DNA of 63,797 bases, the filler included, from Octopus bimaculoides (taxonomy: Eukaryota): assembly GCF_001194135.2 (NCBI RefSeq). It is 4 parts of 4 records of this genome, joined end to end, with 100 filler letters (N's around TTAATTAATTAA, not from the genome) between each part and the next. Parts side by side here need not be neighbours in the genome. Positions count along the whole stretch, not along the records: positions 58,035 to 63,797 come from NC_068998.1; 3 more parts are not named here. One strand, written 5' to 3'. The notes beneath the pieces were generated by a model. It was not told the origin of the DNA. It saw only the letters and a list, made by a program, of their open reading frames with translations, and searched no databases. Every line of letters begins with the position of its first letter. Position 1 is the first letter of the stretch. The translations under genes were made by a program, and so were the position numbers. Of the stretch, positions 63,728 to 63,797 are shown one piece after another.

Positions 63728-63797
63728 TATATATACAGATAGATGAAGGTATGTACATGTATATATGCATATATATATGCATATACTTGCCTATTCC

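Overview
This is AT-rich, microsatellite-dense eukaryotic DNA with many N gaps. Its SINE/RTE families and repeat content best fit an Octopus (coleoid cephalopod) draft scaffold, which is an inference. Two protein-coding genes can be assembled from splice signals. (1) fizzy-related/Cdh1 (FZR1, APC/C activator) lies on the minus strand: 12 visible coding exons from ATG 48721 to TGA 40946, all with GT-AG boundaries and compatible phases; one ~30-aa exon (AMSPDG...) is missing and probably lies in the N gap 41828-42257. (2) A FAM183/CFAP144-like ciliary gene lies on the plus strand (exons 56372-56501 and 57072-57131), divergent from FZR1; its first exon is absent from the ORF track. A canonical RFX X-box and a VNTR carrying forkhead motifs sit upstream of its ATG, and two more X-boxes lie just downstream of the FZR1 stop. 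The rest is transposon-derived: CR1 and RTE LINE fragments, microsatellite-associated REL-endonuclease LINEs, a Helitron Rep fragment, a Penelope RT fragment, two Penelope-type minimal hammerhead motifs, a Kolobok-like MITE with perfect 144-bp inverted repeats, a hAT-like MITE and many SINEs. The last ~5.7 kb is a CpG-dense (ACGA/ACGT)n satellite fused to a 33-bp minisatellite. Most long ORFs in the track are artefacts of N gaps or simple repeats. All family assignments come from recalled motifs; no database search was run.
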